NCBI GenBank assembly: GCA_000165425.1
Contig: CT868034.1
Span: 124,001-188,000 of the forward strand
Reading direction: 5' to 3'
Length of the DNA: 64,000 nucleotides
Source of the DNA: Paramecium tetraurelia
Taxonomy: Eukaryota
A model generated the notes under the pieces. That model did not search any database and had not been told where the DNA came from. It worked only from the letters and a program-made list of their open reading frames with translations. The position numbers were made by a program, and so were the translations under genes. Below are positions 40,281-54,200 of the stretch, piece after piece; position 1 is the first letter of the stretch, and every line of letters begins with the position of its first letter.

Positions 40281-43200
40281 TCATTAATCTGATGAGAATC
40301 TATAATTATTACTAATAAATCCAAAAATTGAATTACTTAATTAAAAATCAATCTTAGTGATTTAAAAGTGATATTTTCTTTATTTTAGATTAATAGTTGA
40401 ATTGATATGATTCTTTGCACTGACTAGATCTACATAAATACCATCATAATCCAAATAAATTGAGAAAATGCCAATATTTATTTGCACCATTTGAAAATTT
40501 AAAGAATATCCTTTGATAGTATTTCTTCTAAACATTCTTTGAAATTTCTAATCTTAACATAAATCTTCAACAACCTAAATTAATTTATAATAGATTACAT
40601 CATTTATGATTTAACTATCTATCTCTGTATCAGCAAATATATAAGTAAAGTGAGACTCATTTTGATTATTATGTTCGATTTGATAATATTTATTAAAAGC
40701 TTCATAAAAGGCTTCATGAAAATAGATTTATCCTGCGATAAACTTAATGGGATTGCGATTACAATAATTGCATCTACATAAGATAAGTCCTTATTTTTCT
40801 AAATCAAAGTTTATTTTCGTTAATTCTTGATAAAATGATTTAAAGTCAACAATTTTTCTATCAGGACATTTTTAAAGGATTAAAGGTTACCGAATTCTCA
40901 ATTCTTTATTAACTATACAAAACAGTTGCCTAAATACAACCTATCTTTGATATAAATCTGAAACATAATCTTCTCTTTTAATTTTGTATCTATAATTAAA
41001 TTCTTACCACAAATATTATTCTCCTTTATATTCAAAAATATTAATTCCATTAGTGTAAGACATGTCTTTAAACATATATGAAAGTATATTTGGATCTAAA
41101 TATATGTAATTTTAAATATTCATTCGTAGAATTTATTATCCTAATTATTAATTACATAATGGACAAACATAACCTTTTGTTGGAAACATCTTTTTAAAAT
41201 TAGTAAAATGTGCAATATAACTTCTGATATCCATACAAACTTCTAGATTTGGACAAAGTTTACATCTAACTGGATATTCAATTGTAAGTTATGTCAATTG
41301 GTCTATCATATTTACTTAGTAATTTCTGTATTTATACAAATTCAATTATTTGCTTATGTTTTGCTCTTCTTAAAGAAGTCCTCCTTGGGTCACTAAAATT
41401 GTCTATTATTATATGATTTTTTGGAATTCTTAGTATTGCATTTTTTATTATACATCTGGATGTTGTAAATAGAATTTTGCAATGAATGGATCCACAGCTT
41501 TGCCGTCTATTTTATTCATATCTNNNNNNNNNNNNNNNNNNNNNNNNNNNNNNNNNNNNNNNNNNNNNNNNNNNNNNNNNNNNNNNNNNNNNNNNNNNNN
41601 NNNNNNNNNNNNNNNNNNNNNNNNNNNNTAATGATACTATTTACATATCATTCTCTACTCTTTCAAATATTTGTTTAAATTGCTTATGATATTCTGACTA
41701 AGTGAAAAAATTCAAATATTTAGATTTATTTCTGCAGCATTTATTAAACATAATCCCTTTTATTATTGTTACTTCATCAACCTCTTCATAGAATTCTTTA
41801 TAAGCTTCAACTCTCCAATCTTAAACTAAGTCATCTAGGTTAGTTGCTTATTAATCGCAATGTGGACATTAATAAAGTTTTTATTATTGAATTTATTATA
41901 AAGCTTCTTTGAATTCAAAGCATGTATTTCGATGTAAACATTTTCTTGTTAAAGCCTATGTCATATAACAATCTTACTGGATTTTTATATCTAACTTTAT
42001 TTATACAATGTAGTTAGAAAGTGTCAAAAGTTATTGTTTCTATTACATTATTTTCATATGATAAATTATTAAAATATGATTCAAAAAAGTCACATTCAGA
42101 TTAGAATACATTATTATCGTTTTTCTGTTTTATTAATTTTAATAATAAGAATTAGTCAATGTAAATGTATTTATTTAGATTGTCAATTGCCATTATTTAA
42201 TTTTAAGTTTAATTACACAAAGGACATGAGTACTTTTATTTATTATCAATTTGTTTTTTAAAGACAAAATCAAAAACATATGTTAGCAAGTCAATTGAGT
42301 TGTTAAAATCTATACATTTAATACATCTTGTTGGTAATTCCATTTTTAATTTAGTAATTTAATCAACTAAATTATCTTATAATTATAATGATATTATGCT
42401 TTATGATAAATTTTATTTTAACTATGGTTTATCAAGTAATAAATTACTTTGGGTAATTGATTATAAGACTTAATTAAATCTAGTTTAGAGTTCTAATTAT
42501 TATTACTCTGTAAATTATTAATTGTATTTATTCGAGTATTAAGTTAAAATTTCAGAAAAAGGAAAATATGTATTCTAAATGATGGTTTTAGTTTCTTACT
42601 CAATATTAAATATAATTGAAGTTGGGTTATTTTTCTTGATTTCTTTTAGAAGTTCTTAATCAACAACAATTCCATCAAAAAAAGTATCTAAACTAGAAAT
42701 ATTTAAATGAATTTCGCATCCTGGATAAATACATTAAAAGATGTTCTAATTCTATTAATTATTTTATTAATAATATTTTTTTTTTGTGAATTCATAGCAT
42801 TCAAAATGCAAGCATCATCCTTTTATTCTAATAGGAATATTAATTTTTATAAAATCTAAAAGACAGTAAAGTTAAAATGCTTTTTATTAAAAGACATTCT
42901 TTTCAATTAGAGACTTTAAATTTGTCTAATAATCTCTTTACCTTATTAATTTCAAAAAATGTTCCTTAATGCCAAATTTAGTGAATAAGTCTATATATTT
43001 ATTATTTCTCTAATATTTATTGACCATACATCCATAAATGATGTGAATTTCATCAACAAATTCGTGAAATTCTTCATAAGCATGATTTCTAATATCCCAC
43101 ATTAGATCAGAATATTATTATGCATTTTAATTACAGATTTTACAAACAAATGGTTAATTATTGTTAATCTAAACTTCAAATTCCTTTAATTCAAAACATT

Positions 43201-43367
43201 CTTTTAAATGCAAGCATTTATTAGTTATTACCTAAATAATATATAATCATTACAGGATTTTCATATTACAATCCATTGAGTTATTTTAATTTTATAGTAT
43301 CTAGAGTGATTTTTTCAAGATTAGTATTCCCATTAATTTCAGGCCAATTGTTTATCCTTTCAAGCAT
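40281..43367 (-). pseudogene. Poly-SP-RING copy B (7-finger type) with in-frame TGA and assembly gap
   Basis: Inverted near-identical match to copy A from 22 nt upstream of the ATG; GGA TGA TGC at 42815-42817 where A has GGA TGC; diverged C-terminal domain from ~40610; N-gap inside. Confidence 0.7.
41524..41628. other. Assembly gap (105 N)
   Basis: Run of N; homology to copy A suggests about 420 bp is missing (A ~28555-28976, including finger 5). Confidence 0.95.
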
Positions 43368-43756
43368 TTTTAGCTTTATTTTTGTATTTCTATTATTAAA
43401 AATTAAATAGCAAAATCTAATAATAATGATTAATAGCGATTACTAATTATATCAAATAATTAAGTTAAAATAAGGAATTATTTTGATATTTTAAAAAGAA
43501 GGCAAAAGTAATATTTACAAAACTAATAATAATTTTGGAATTAAAGAATCTAATCAAACTTAATATGTTATTCTGTTTTGGTTGATTAGTACTACTTTGA
43601 TTAAAAAATTGTTTTTGAAAATTTGATTGATAGTACTTAGTAAATTTCAAATTATTAATATATATTAAATGAATATTATATATAGATTTATTTGGTTTGC
43701 AACGGCATCTAAATAATTCATCTTTTGTTCATTTATATAATATTATTATCAAATAC

Positions 43757-45886
43757 TCATTCATTTATCCAAAATTCCATTCCACCATCAATAAAATCAA
43801 AGATTTCATTAAGGTAAATTTCTAATTTAATCATACGCACTTTAAAACCATATTATTTTAATTTTTGATCAATACGTTAATTGAAATTCTACATTGCTTG
43901 TTCCATATCAACATATATACCTTATTAATCTAATACGATTGGGATTTGCATAATGTTTAGAAATTAATAGCAAATAACTTGAATTTGTACCCTTATATTT
44001 CAGATCCTCTAAATAAACTTTGATACTTTTCATCAGACATCATATCCCAAAAGCTACCATTTTCCCTTTAAAAATTAATTTTTAAAGGTAAGATAAGTTG
44101 AACTGTTTTGATATAACTATCTCTCTCTGTATCAGCAAATGTATATGTAAAGTGAGACTCATTTTGATTATTATCTTAGATTTGATAATATTTATTTAGA
44201 GCTTCATAAAAGGCTTCATGAAAATAGATTTATCCTGCGATAAACTTAATGGGATTGCGATAACAATAATTGCATCTACATAAGATAAGTCCTTATTTTT
44301 CTAAATCAAAGTTTATTTTCTTTAATTCTTGATAAAATGATTTAAAATCAACAATTTTTCTATCAGGACAATTGTAAAGAATTAAAGGTTACCGAATTCT
44401 CAATTCGAAATTTACTCTACAAAACAATTGCCTAAATACAACAATTCTATCTAATAAACTTGCAACATAATCTTCTCTTTTAATCTTTTATCTATTTTTA
44501 AAATCCTAAAGCATATATTATTCACCATGATATTCAAAAATTTTGGTATCAATAATATTAGACATATTCTAATACATATAGGAAAGTATATTTGGATCTA
44601 AATATATGTAATTTTAAATATTCATTCGTAAAATTTATTATCCTAATTATTAATTACATATTGGACAAGAAAATCCTTTTGCTAGAAAAAATTTTTTAAA
44701 ATAAATAAATTGTGCAATATAACTTCTAATATCCATACAAACTTCTAGATCTCTACAAAGTTTACATCTAACTGGATATTCAATTGTAAGTTATGTTAAT
44801 TTGTCTATCATATTTACTTAGTAATTTCTGTATCTTTACAAAGTTAATTATTTGCTCAAATCTTGCTCTTCTTAAAGAAGTCCTCCTTGGGTTGCTAAAA
44901 TTGTCTATTATTATATTATTTTTTGGAATTCTTAGTATTACATTTTTTATTATACATCTGGATGTTGTAAATAAAATTTTACAATGAATGGATCTACAGC
45001 TTTGCCGTCTATTTTATTTATATCTTCTTCAATATTTTCGGTTTTTTTATTATAGTAAAATTTGAATGAGCTTGGATTACTCTTTTTAATGACATTTAAT
45101 AAATCCAAATCAACAGATATGCCTGAAAATAATGTTTAGATATCAAGTATTTTTTATTGTTCATCTAATTCTTTACTTATAGGTACAGATTATATAGAAT
45201 AGTTTTTGTGTGCAATTCTTAATCGATTTGAACAAAATGGTTGTTTGCATTCTAAATATTATATCTTTTTTCTATTTTCAATTTAAAAGTTTAATAAACT
45301 AGTTAATTCATAACATTCATAATGTTGACATCCTCTTATTCTAACAGGGATATTTATTTTCACTTTATCTAACAAACAAAAACACAAATAAATTATTTTA
45401 TTATTATTGTTTTAAATCTATTATTATTATAAGTCTCTTCTGATTAATGATACTATTTACATATCATTCTCCACTCTTTCAAATATTTGTTCAAATTGCT
45501 TATAATATTCTGGCTAAGTGAAAAAATTCAAATATTTATATTTATTTCTACAGCATTTATTAAACATCATCCCTTTTATTATTATTACTTCATCAACCTC
45601 TTCATTAAATTCTTTATAAGCTTCAACTCTCCAATCTTAAACTAAATCATATTTGCTAAATGCTTATTAATTACAATGTGGACATTAATAAAGTTTTTAT
45701 TATTGGATTTCTTTTAAAGCTTCCTCCAATTCAAAACAAGCTTTATGATGTAAGCAATTTTTAGTTAATGCCTATGTCATATTATATTGTTACTGGATTT
45801 CTATATCTTTCTTTGGTCACGGGATTCAATAGTGAAAATGTGTCAAAAATAATCGAATTCAAGGCTTAATTATTAAAATATTACAT
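43757..45886 (-). CDS. Poly-SP-RING copy C, 4 fingers, ~700 aa
   Basis: MQYFNNQALNSIIFDTFSLLNPVTKERYRNP[22-nt intron 45772-45793]ALTKNCLHHKACFELE...CPHC; colinear with fingers 4-7 and tail of A; one -1 indel near 43955. Confidence 0.85.
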
Positions 45887-46240
45887 ACAAATAAAATATA
45901 TCATTAATTGCGATTACTATTTATATAAAATAATTAAGTATGTAATAAGAATTTATGATTTTAGTTCAAAAAGAATCTAAGTATTCACTTATAGTATATT
46001 AATTATTGAAGAGAATATATAGTAATTTTATATATAAATAACATAATTTAATTTCAATATTATTATTTTTTTTAAGTTTGAGAACTACTAGAAATTAAAG
46101 ATTAGCTTATGTTTGTAAATTAATTGAATTAATATTTTGGATTTTCTAATTAAAAGTTGTGATAATCTTATTTCTAAGGACTTCTGTAATTGTAATTATT
46201 TAATGGATAATTAATTAATAATTTATTTTCAGTCAGTCTT

Positions 46241-46954
46241 TCATATTCCCTAATGTGATATCATAATATATTACTGAGCTTTAATTTTTATCTACTATAC
46301 TGAAGGAATATTATAGTACTTTCTTTATCTTAAACTTTTAATTTGCTCATCCACATAAGAAATTTAAGGGAAAATTTTGTCTAACACACCTTGATTGAAA
46401 TTATAATCCTAATTCATTTTTTATAATTCAAATTACTTGAATTCAATGTGATCCCCCATAGAATATTTAATATATAATTCTAAGTAGGCTTCACTTTCTT
46501 TATCTAAATCATTATTTTAAATATCGTTCCTCATTTTCTTTATCATACTTTTAACGTTCTCCTTTTCTTTTTTTAAAATATTTTGATCTTAATAACTTTT
46601 ATTAGTTTAGTATAAATCAGAATGAATTGAATTTGAAATACTTAATTGTAGCATTATTTTATTCTTGCTTAAAATTATGGCAGGATGCCTAGGTTGACTT
46701 TTAAAATGCCTTTTGACAACTTAATATGAATATAATAGATTGATCAAATTTTAAAAGTCTTCATAAACATAATATTAAATTAAGGCTTCCTACTATTCGA
46801 TATTTTAATATTTTTATTTTTGGAATTCCATTTATTACTATTCTTGTTGTATCATTCCTTAATTTTGTAGTCTATAAGCTTAATTTTGATTATATTTATA
46901 ATGAGAATCATCAGAATACATATATTTTGAAATCGCATCTTGATGATTATGCAT
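46241..46954 (-). CDS. Hypothetical protein
   Basis: Uninterrupted code-6 frame MHNHQDAISKYMYSDDSHY... of ~237 codons ending TGA. Confidence 0.55.
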
Positions 46955-48017
46955 TTTTATTATTATTTTTCGTTCAATCAATTAAAGTTATTGTTCTTGA
47001 TAATTAATTTAATAGAATAAAAAATTAATAATAGAATATAATTATTTATAACTAAAATTTAGACATCTTAATTATAAAGAACTCATTCAAATACAGGTTT
47101 TATTGTAGCTAAAAATTACTTTAAACTTAAAACCTATACTAAAGGAATTGATACAATTGAGGCCAGACTTACTTTTTCAATAATATTCAACCTTATAATT
47201 GGATGATATCAATTAAATTTTCATTTCATAAATAAAGGTTCAAATAAATTTATTACAATTCAAAGTGAAGTTTATTCATTAATTCAATGAAAAATTAGAA
47301 ATCTGTATATTTTGGATAATTTAAACAGTGATTAGAATTGAAAGTTTAAATGCATGAATATATGTCTTATAGTATGAATGAAGTTTATTAGTTTTTATTA
47401 CATAGGATTTCAAAACCAATAAATTAATTTTCATAGTATATTGAATACTCTTTCTATTATTCTTCAGTCTTTTCCTTATTCCTAAGGTTTATCTAAATTC
47501 TCTCTTCAATCTTACATTAGACCTTTTATTTCTTTCCTTGTATAAATTTGTTTATCTATTAATAAGAAAGCGTTATATAAATCTTTTACCTTCTAGAATT
47601 ATTAATCCATTAGATGCTATTACTTTTTGTTTTTGTTTGATTTAATTAATTTGAAATATTACCCTGAAGATTAATCCTTCTTAAAATAAAAAGCATAAAT
47701 AAACTGTAATTTTGTTCTATCTTTATTATTAATTTGTATCCGTTCATGAATTAATAATCCTAGATATTTTTTCCACATTACTCTACCAATATGACATTTT
47801 TACTGAAAAATAGCACTGCTTAAATATAGAAGATTTTATATTTTAAGAAAATTACATTACAGCCCAAATATTTTTAATTAAGAATAGTAATAAGTAATTT
47901 TAATTTTAAACAATTTTGGAACAACATAGAATTTTTAATAAATGTAATTATAGAAAATATAGATTTATTTATTGTTCATATGCATTTCATATAAAAGTTA
48001 ATAATTATTAATTTAAT

Positions 48018-48845
48018 ATGATGCATACTCTACCAATAATGATAATATTTTGCATGGCAACTACCATTGTCTTGAGTTAAGAATTTGTCACATTTCACAA
48101 AGGTGTTTGTGGTTGCGAGGAATTGAATGAAAAAGAGTGTGAAGCTGAAAGTGATTGGATGTAGGGACGGTGCAACATTGAAAAAGGAAAGTGCGTAACT
48201 CGAAAATGTGAAAATATTAACAATATTAATCTTTGTATATATCTAGGTTGTTTTGTTAAAAAGAACAAATGCTATAAGCCAAAAAGATGCAGTGAGCAAA
48301 CTGAAGATGAATGTAGTGAATTATTCAATCGCGATTGCGCTTACGATTCAAGTTAAAAAAAATGTTTGAGTTTTACTGAGCCATCATCTGATGAATCTAT
48401 TCCAAAATGTGCTGAACGATCTGTAGACGATTGCTATGTTGCTAGAGAAGGCCTTTGCTATGTCAAAGATGGAAAATGTTAAGAATTGACAACTTGTGAA
48501 GAAGTGAAATTAGATGCACTTTGTTTTAAGGCTTATCCTGCATGCTTTATGCAACCAACCATTTCTTGCGATACAAATCATAAATGTGAGAGTATATTCA
48601 GTACAAGATGTGTTCCAAGAAAATAAAAAATAAATGGAGATTAATTTTTACTTTGTAGAGAATAAGAGGATGGAAAATGTGTAAATTTTGATCCAACTTA
48701 AGAGAATGAAGAAACTTGTTACTAAAAGTCTGAGTTGTTTTATCATTGGGATGGCAAAAGTTGTGTAAAATGCAAAGGTTGGTAAATCAGTGCATAAAAA
48801 ATTACAATTTTCATTTTTATTGCATTGATTTTGAATCACATATGA
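48018..48845 (+). CDS. Paramecium mini-antigen-like Cys-rich, probably GPI-anchored surface protein
   Basis: Signal peptide, CGCEELNEKEC start, periodic Cys, C-terminal YHWDGKSCVKC plus hydrophobic tail; intronless. Confidence 0.85.
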
Positions 48846-49339
48846 AATTAATATTATTTGTTGAAACTTTTCAAAATATGAATTGATTTATTGATTTTAA
48901 CATCTGAAAATGATAATAATTTTTAAATTCTTTGTGACAATCTTTAGAATAAAAATATTCTTTTCATACTAATGAAAATAAGATCTAGTACAATCAAACT
49001 TCCATCAACTTTGTGGATAAATGAAGGATATTTATATTAGAAAGAATATTAATTTTGTTTAAATTGCTATTATTTTTTAGATCAAATTAAAAATGTGAAA
49101 AAATTCAAAACTATTGTTAACAACCCTTTTTTGAGAAAAAGAATAAAAACAATTTTAGAGGTTAAAAATAATTTTATTTGAATGATTTCATTTTTGATAT
49201 AGATATTAATACCAACTTAAAAGGATGATGAATTTGTAAAATCAACAAAAATACTAAAAAACACAAGATATATTTTTATACATTATGTTAAATGAGACTC
49301 ATATTTATTTAAAATATATAACCATACTTTAAAGGTCCT

Positions 49340-49780
49340 TAAATCATGCCAAGTGTTAGGCATATAATCTAATATGCTCATATTTATCAGATGGCACTCG
49401 ATCTTAGTAGATTAAGGCGAAGTGCTCAAAATTTACAAATTCAAATGCTAGTGCAACAAAATTGTAAGGAAAAAGTTTCTTAGATAATTCTGATTGTGTT
49501 AGTTTTTCTAATTATTCTTCAATTATTGGAACAAGATTAATTGATACAAATTTTGGAGTTTATGAATCATCTTGTGGAGCTAATGCAAAAAGAATGCATG
49601 TCAAGAGAAGATATTAAACATGTAGTCTGTATTAAACATAGAATTCTCTTACTACATTAGTAGCTTCAGGAACTTCGGATAATTGCATATCGAGTGGAAA
49701 AATATCTTGCAATTACTACTGCCTCAACTGATTGTATATATGTGACCAAAGCAAAACTGACAAATGTTTTATGTGTTACT
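49340..49780 (+). pseudogene. Degraded surface-antigen-like fragment
   Basis: Cys/Thr/Ser-rich remnants (CSYLSDGTR, DCVSF, SSCGANA, TCSLYQTQNS, GTSDNC) in shifting frames; no start or stop. Confidence 0.5.
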
Positions 49781-51240
49781 TATTTTTATTAATATTGTTA
49801 AACAGGACTATTAATAAATAAAGGGAAGAAATAAGTATATTTGCTAAGCTAGGCTTAAAGGTATAATTGAAAGTGCCTCTTCAGTTAGAGAGGCAAAATA
49901 AATTAAATAATAGACAAATTAATTATTAATACATAAAAAAAATAAATACTTATTAAGATAGGAGATTAGAATAGATGTTTTACAAATAATTTATAATATA
50001 AAATATTGTTTTTGTATTTATATTTTTACTTTATAATGAATGTTAATTTTGTTGTGTACTTGTCTTTAAATTTTTATTACTTAATCCCTACTTTCCTTTG
50101 ATTTAAGAAATTTCTCAATAATTTATTATCTTCTATTAAATTAAAAATCAAAGAAACAAAATGAAAAAAAATGTCGAATTTAGGAATCATTTAATTTAAA
50201 TTATAAATCTAAAGAGATATTTTATGTTAGAATAGAACTATATTCTAACTTTAAATATCGTTATTATATATAGCAAAGTTATAACAATAGAATTAATAAA
50301 TTTGTTATTTAAAAATAGGTAAACAAGAAATAAGTTTATGGTAATACTCACTTATAATGAAAATAACTAGAAAGAATTGGGTTGAAGATTAAATAGGATT
50401 AATTTATAAAAGAAGGTAAATTAAAGTTAATTAATAATTTCTGAAATATAACTTTCCTGACAAAGTTAATTAATTGAATACATAGATAGCATACCTATAA
50501 GCCGTAGTAATTACTCATAAAAATCAAGAAATATAACCATAACAACAATTATCAACGATAATTCAAAAAGCAAATAATTTTGCTGCTTGATTGACCTTAT
50601 TTCTCTCAAATTAATAAATATTAATTATTAATTAAATTTTGGAACTACTAACTTTCTGTTTTTAATTTTATAAATTATTTTATTATGACATTAGTAATTA
50701 CCAATTTAAAAGATATTTTGAAGTTTTAGTATCATTATTTTGCATCATTTTCTAATAAAAACAGTTCTGTAAGTATGTATAATATAAATTAAACTAGATA
50801 TTTGAAAAAGTTAATGCTATTATTCCCAATTTAATAATAATGAAATTCATCTCATCCTTTTAGATAGTTATATATATTTATATTTATATTACAGGTTTTA
50901 AAAATAAAGATACCTGAAATATCTTTTGATTCTGAAATTTTATGATTTTCAAGAAAAATATTCACAAGATTTATTAAGGATCTTTAAATCTCTTAATTTA
51001 GAGTAGTGCAAAAAGAATTCATTTATTTTTATTGGATGAAAGTAATAGATCAACTTAAGAAATACCTACATGATTGTCATAAAAATTTAGATAAGTTTTA
51101 ACTTTTTAATAGTTTCTTCTCCAAATAAATAGTTTTAAAGTAATATTTAGTAATTAACTACAAAATCAAAAATTTAAAGATTTATAATTAGATATTATCA
51201 TTTCTTGTCTTAGTGTGTATATTTATCTTTAATACTATTA

Positions 51241-54200
51241 ATGAGTAAATTATTTATTTTGTTTTCATTGATATTGACTTTAGTAACTAGTCAAGAATTT
51301 AGTATAACATAATGCACTTGTGCATAACTGTTATCAGAAGAAGACTGTAGAAAAAATGTTTCATTTAGATGCACTTGGGATAGAATTAAAAGAGTTTGTG
51401 CAATTTCAACTACTTCTGCATTAATGTATGAAACATATTGTGACACATTTGCTGAAGTAGATTGTCCTAAAGCGAAACCTTGTACTGATTGTGGTAACTA
51501 TGCTGCCTGTGCCTGGGGTTTAGGAAAATGTACATTCTTCACAGGATGCACAGCCTTTTCAAAAACACTGATGCTGAATGTTAAGCAATAAGTAATAGAT
51601 GTATTACAGATGGAACTCATTGTGTTGAAGTTGATGCCTGCAGCACATACAAAAAATAGCTCCGCTTGTGTAAAAAATGCTGCTGGAAGGTTATGCTATT
51701 GGGATACAACAAATAACACTTGTGTAGATGCTAATACCTGCGATAAATTACCAGCAAGTTTTGCTACAGATAAAGAATGCAGAGATGTCATATCAACTTG
51801 TACAACAAAGACTGGAGGTGGATGTGTTGATAGTGGAAATATTGTAGTGATTAAACATTAGAAATTCAATGTGTATGGAATAAATTAAAATCTACTGCAT
51901 GTTATTGGGATGGAGCTGTATGTAAAGACAGAATTTGTAATAATGCACCAGCTACATTAACAACTGATGATACATGTAAATTATTTAGAACTGATGGAAC
52001 CTGTACAACAAAAGCCAATGGAGGATGTGTTACTAGAACCACTTGTGCAGCTGCTACTATCTAAGCTGCTTGTGTTAAAAATAGTTCAAATGGAGATTGT
52101 TATTGGACAGGAATTGTATGTATTGTTAAGACCTGTAAAAATGCACCAACTACAATGATAACCAATACGGCTTGCGGTGGATTTGTTACAGGATGTATCA
52201 CTAAATTAGGAGGAGGATGTGTTACCAATGGACCTTGTTCAGCAGCAAACGTTTAAGCCGCTTGTGTGAAAAATACTTCTGGTACTGATTGTATTTGGGA
52301 TACAACATGCAAAGAAAAGACATGTGTAAATGCACCAACAACAAATAATACTCATGAATTATGTACATCATACTTATCAACATGTACAGTTAAAGCAGGA
52401 GGTGGATGTTAACCAAGAACTTGTGCAAATGCTCCAACAACAATAACAACTAATGATGCATGTGAAGCATATTTACCAAATAATAATTGTATAACAAAGA
52501 CTGCAGGTGGATGTGTAATAAATACTACATGTGCAGTAATTACCTTAGAAGCTGCTTGTATTAAAAATTCTTCTGGGGCTACCTGTTTCTGGGATACTGC
52601 AAGTTTAGCATGTAAAGATAGAAAATGTACTAATGCTCCATCAAGTAATAATACTCATGATTTATGTGTTGCCTTTTTATCAACTTGTACAGTAAATTCA
52701 ACTAATGCAGGTTGTGTTGATAAATCATGTGAAAATTCATTGGTATAAACTATTTGTGATAAAGATTTGAATAATAAAGCTTGCATTTGGAAAGGAAAAT
52801 GTTATAAAAAAGAATGTGTATTAGCTTCATCAACAACAGCAACTCATGAAGATTGTTAAACATATGATTCTGGTTGTACTTTGAGTAATACAGGTACTGG
52901 ATGTGTTCCCTTACCCCTTAAATGTGAAGCTATTACAATTGAAGCAGCTTGCAATATTAAATTATAAATTACAAATGGAGTTAAATCCTACCCAGAATGT
53001 GGTTGGAATGGTTCATAGTGTATTGATAAAGCTTGTTCCACTGCTCCAAAAACAACAGCAACAACAGCTGATTGTGGTACTTACAAAGCCAATTGTGTAA
53101 CAAACAATCCAGTTAATGGATCAATTGCAGGATGTTAAGACCTACCAACAACATGTGCAGCTAGAAAATCAACTGAAAATTGTGAAATCACAAGAGTTGG
53201 ATTCCCAACATGTTTATGGAATACAGCTACATTAGCTTGTGTAGAAAAGTCTTGTGCCACTGCTAATGTTGTAGGATTACAAGTAGTAGTATAAGCAGGA
53301 TTATTTACATTTAATCATTGCAGAAATTATCTATCTAATTGTATTTCCAACAATAATTAAGATGGATGCATACCTAAACCCTCAAGTTGTTCAAAATTAA
53401 ATTCTTAAAATTGTTAAATGGGATCAAAAATAAATGGAAATTGTTATTGGAATGGGCATAATTGTGTTGATAGAACTTGTAAAAATTTTGCATTAATTAC
53501 TCACATTGGATGCTAAACCATATTGGATATATGTACAGTCAATAATGGAAATACAGGTTGTTAAATTTTAGCAAATAATTGTAATTCTTATAGACAATAA
53601 GAAAATTGTATCATAACTTTAAACAAAAACAAATGTATATGGACTGGCGTAGACTGTAGAAATGCTACTTGTTAAGATGCATCTGATAATAATCTTTATG
53701 ATTCTGATTCAGAATGTTCCAATTATTCAATTATAAATGAAACCTGTACTGTTTTATACAAAACTGGAGGATAAGGATGTGTAAAAAGATCGACTTATTG
53801 TAGTGATTACGTATCTGCAGCTTAATGTTATAGAACATTAGCAGCTATTTCGGATGACTGCACCTGGAAATCCGCTTATAGCAAATGCTTTTCGAATACA
53901 TATCTTTAAGGTGCATGCTCAAAATTTACAGGTACAAAAACTCAATGTGAATCTATTAAAACAGGTTGTACTAACACTGTAGGTGCTACTGAAACAGATA
54001 TTTGTACATTTTCTTGTGCTTTAGTATCCGAAACAACTCATGCTAATTGTTAAGGATATAGTACTACTTGTACTGTAAATAAAGCAGCAAATGCATGTTA
54101 AATAGCGTAAGCATCTTGCGCAGGATATGGGACAACATAATCCAGTTGTTCATATAGAACTGATGGTTTGAAATGTCATTTGGATTTTACTGCACCTACT

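Noticed and set aside
39799..40290. Plus-strand ORF MGQKQKINIQEINHNK
   Set aside because: Stops after ~85 codons and any continuation needs frameshifts; no motif
42815..42817. Selenocysteine TGA beside a zinc-ligand Cys in copy B
   Set aside because: The TGA is an inserted triplet, not a Cys replacement; it is absent from copy A and no SECIS was recognised
26816..45886. Large inverted repeats as transposon TIRs or a Polinton/virus
   Set aside because: The repeats are the paralogous genes themselves; no transposase, integrase, polymerase or capsid motif was seen, and ordinary cellular genes lie between them
47400..47870. Small minus-strand gene
   Set aside because: Start, frame and introns could not be resolved
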